Notes under the pieces: generated by a model
Database searches by the model: none
What the model was told of the DNA's origin: nothing
The model's input: only the letters and a program-made list of their open reading frames with translations
From: Octopus sinensis
Taxonomy: Eukaryota
NCBI RefSeq assembly: GCF_006345805.1
Contig: NC_043004.1
Coordinates: forward strand, 29,388,001 to 29,452,000
Direction: 5' to 3'
Length of the DNA stretch: 64,000 bases
Shown: piece after piece, positions 63,921 through 64,000 of the stretch
How positions within the stretch are numbered: the first letter of the stretch is position 1
Layout of the letters: every line of letters starts with the position of its first letter
Program-made: the position numbers and the translations under genes

Positions 63921-64000
63921 ATATGAATATTTTTATGAACTTAAAACTTCAGAATCTAACTTTTCGTCCCCAACCTGTGAAATGCCACAAATAGCAAGAA

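Overview
AT-rich animal genomic DNA with no recognisable intact host gene, rRNA, tRNA gene or CRISPR array. The tRNA-derived SINE families and the extreme microsatellite density point to an octopus or other coleoid cephalopod; this is pattern recognition, not a database result. The window is a transposon graveyard. It holds R4/Dong-type RLE LINEs (several sitting in (AAT)n), a CR1-type LINE, RTE, L2/Crack-like and CRE-like relics, and several Penelope-like element (PLE) relics. It also holds two mariner relics, Tigger/pogo, Merlin and possible piggyBac relics, an internally deleted Helitron with both ends, a MITE, SINEs and diverged minisatellites. Most ORFs in the supplied track are microsatellite artefacts. 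The most notable signal is not in the ORF track: about eight minimal type-I hammerhead-ribozyme motifs plus two truncated ones, read by eye on both strands. Several have very long stem II hairpins and palindromic stem III, three unrelated families carry a C in place of the conserved U4, and two families carry an extra nucleotide after A9. They are accompanied by several long inverted repeats and palindromes. All folds, translations and identities were done by eye and need computational and experimental confirmation.
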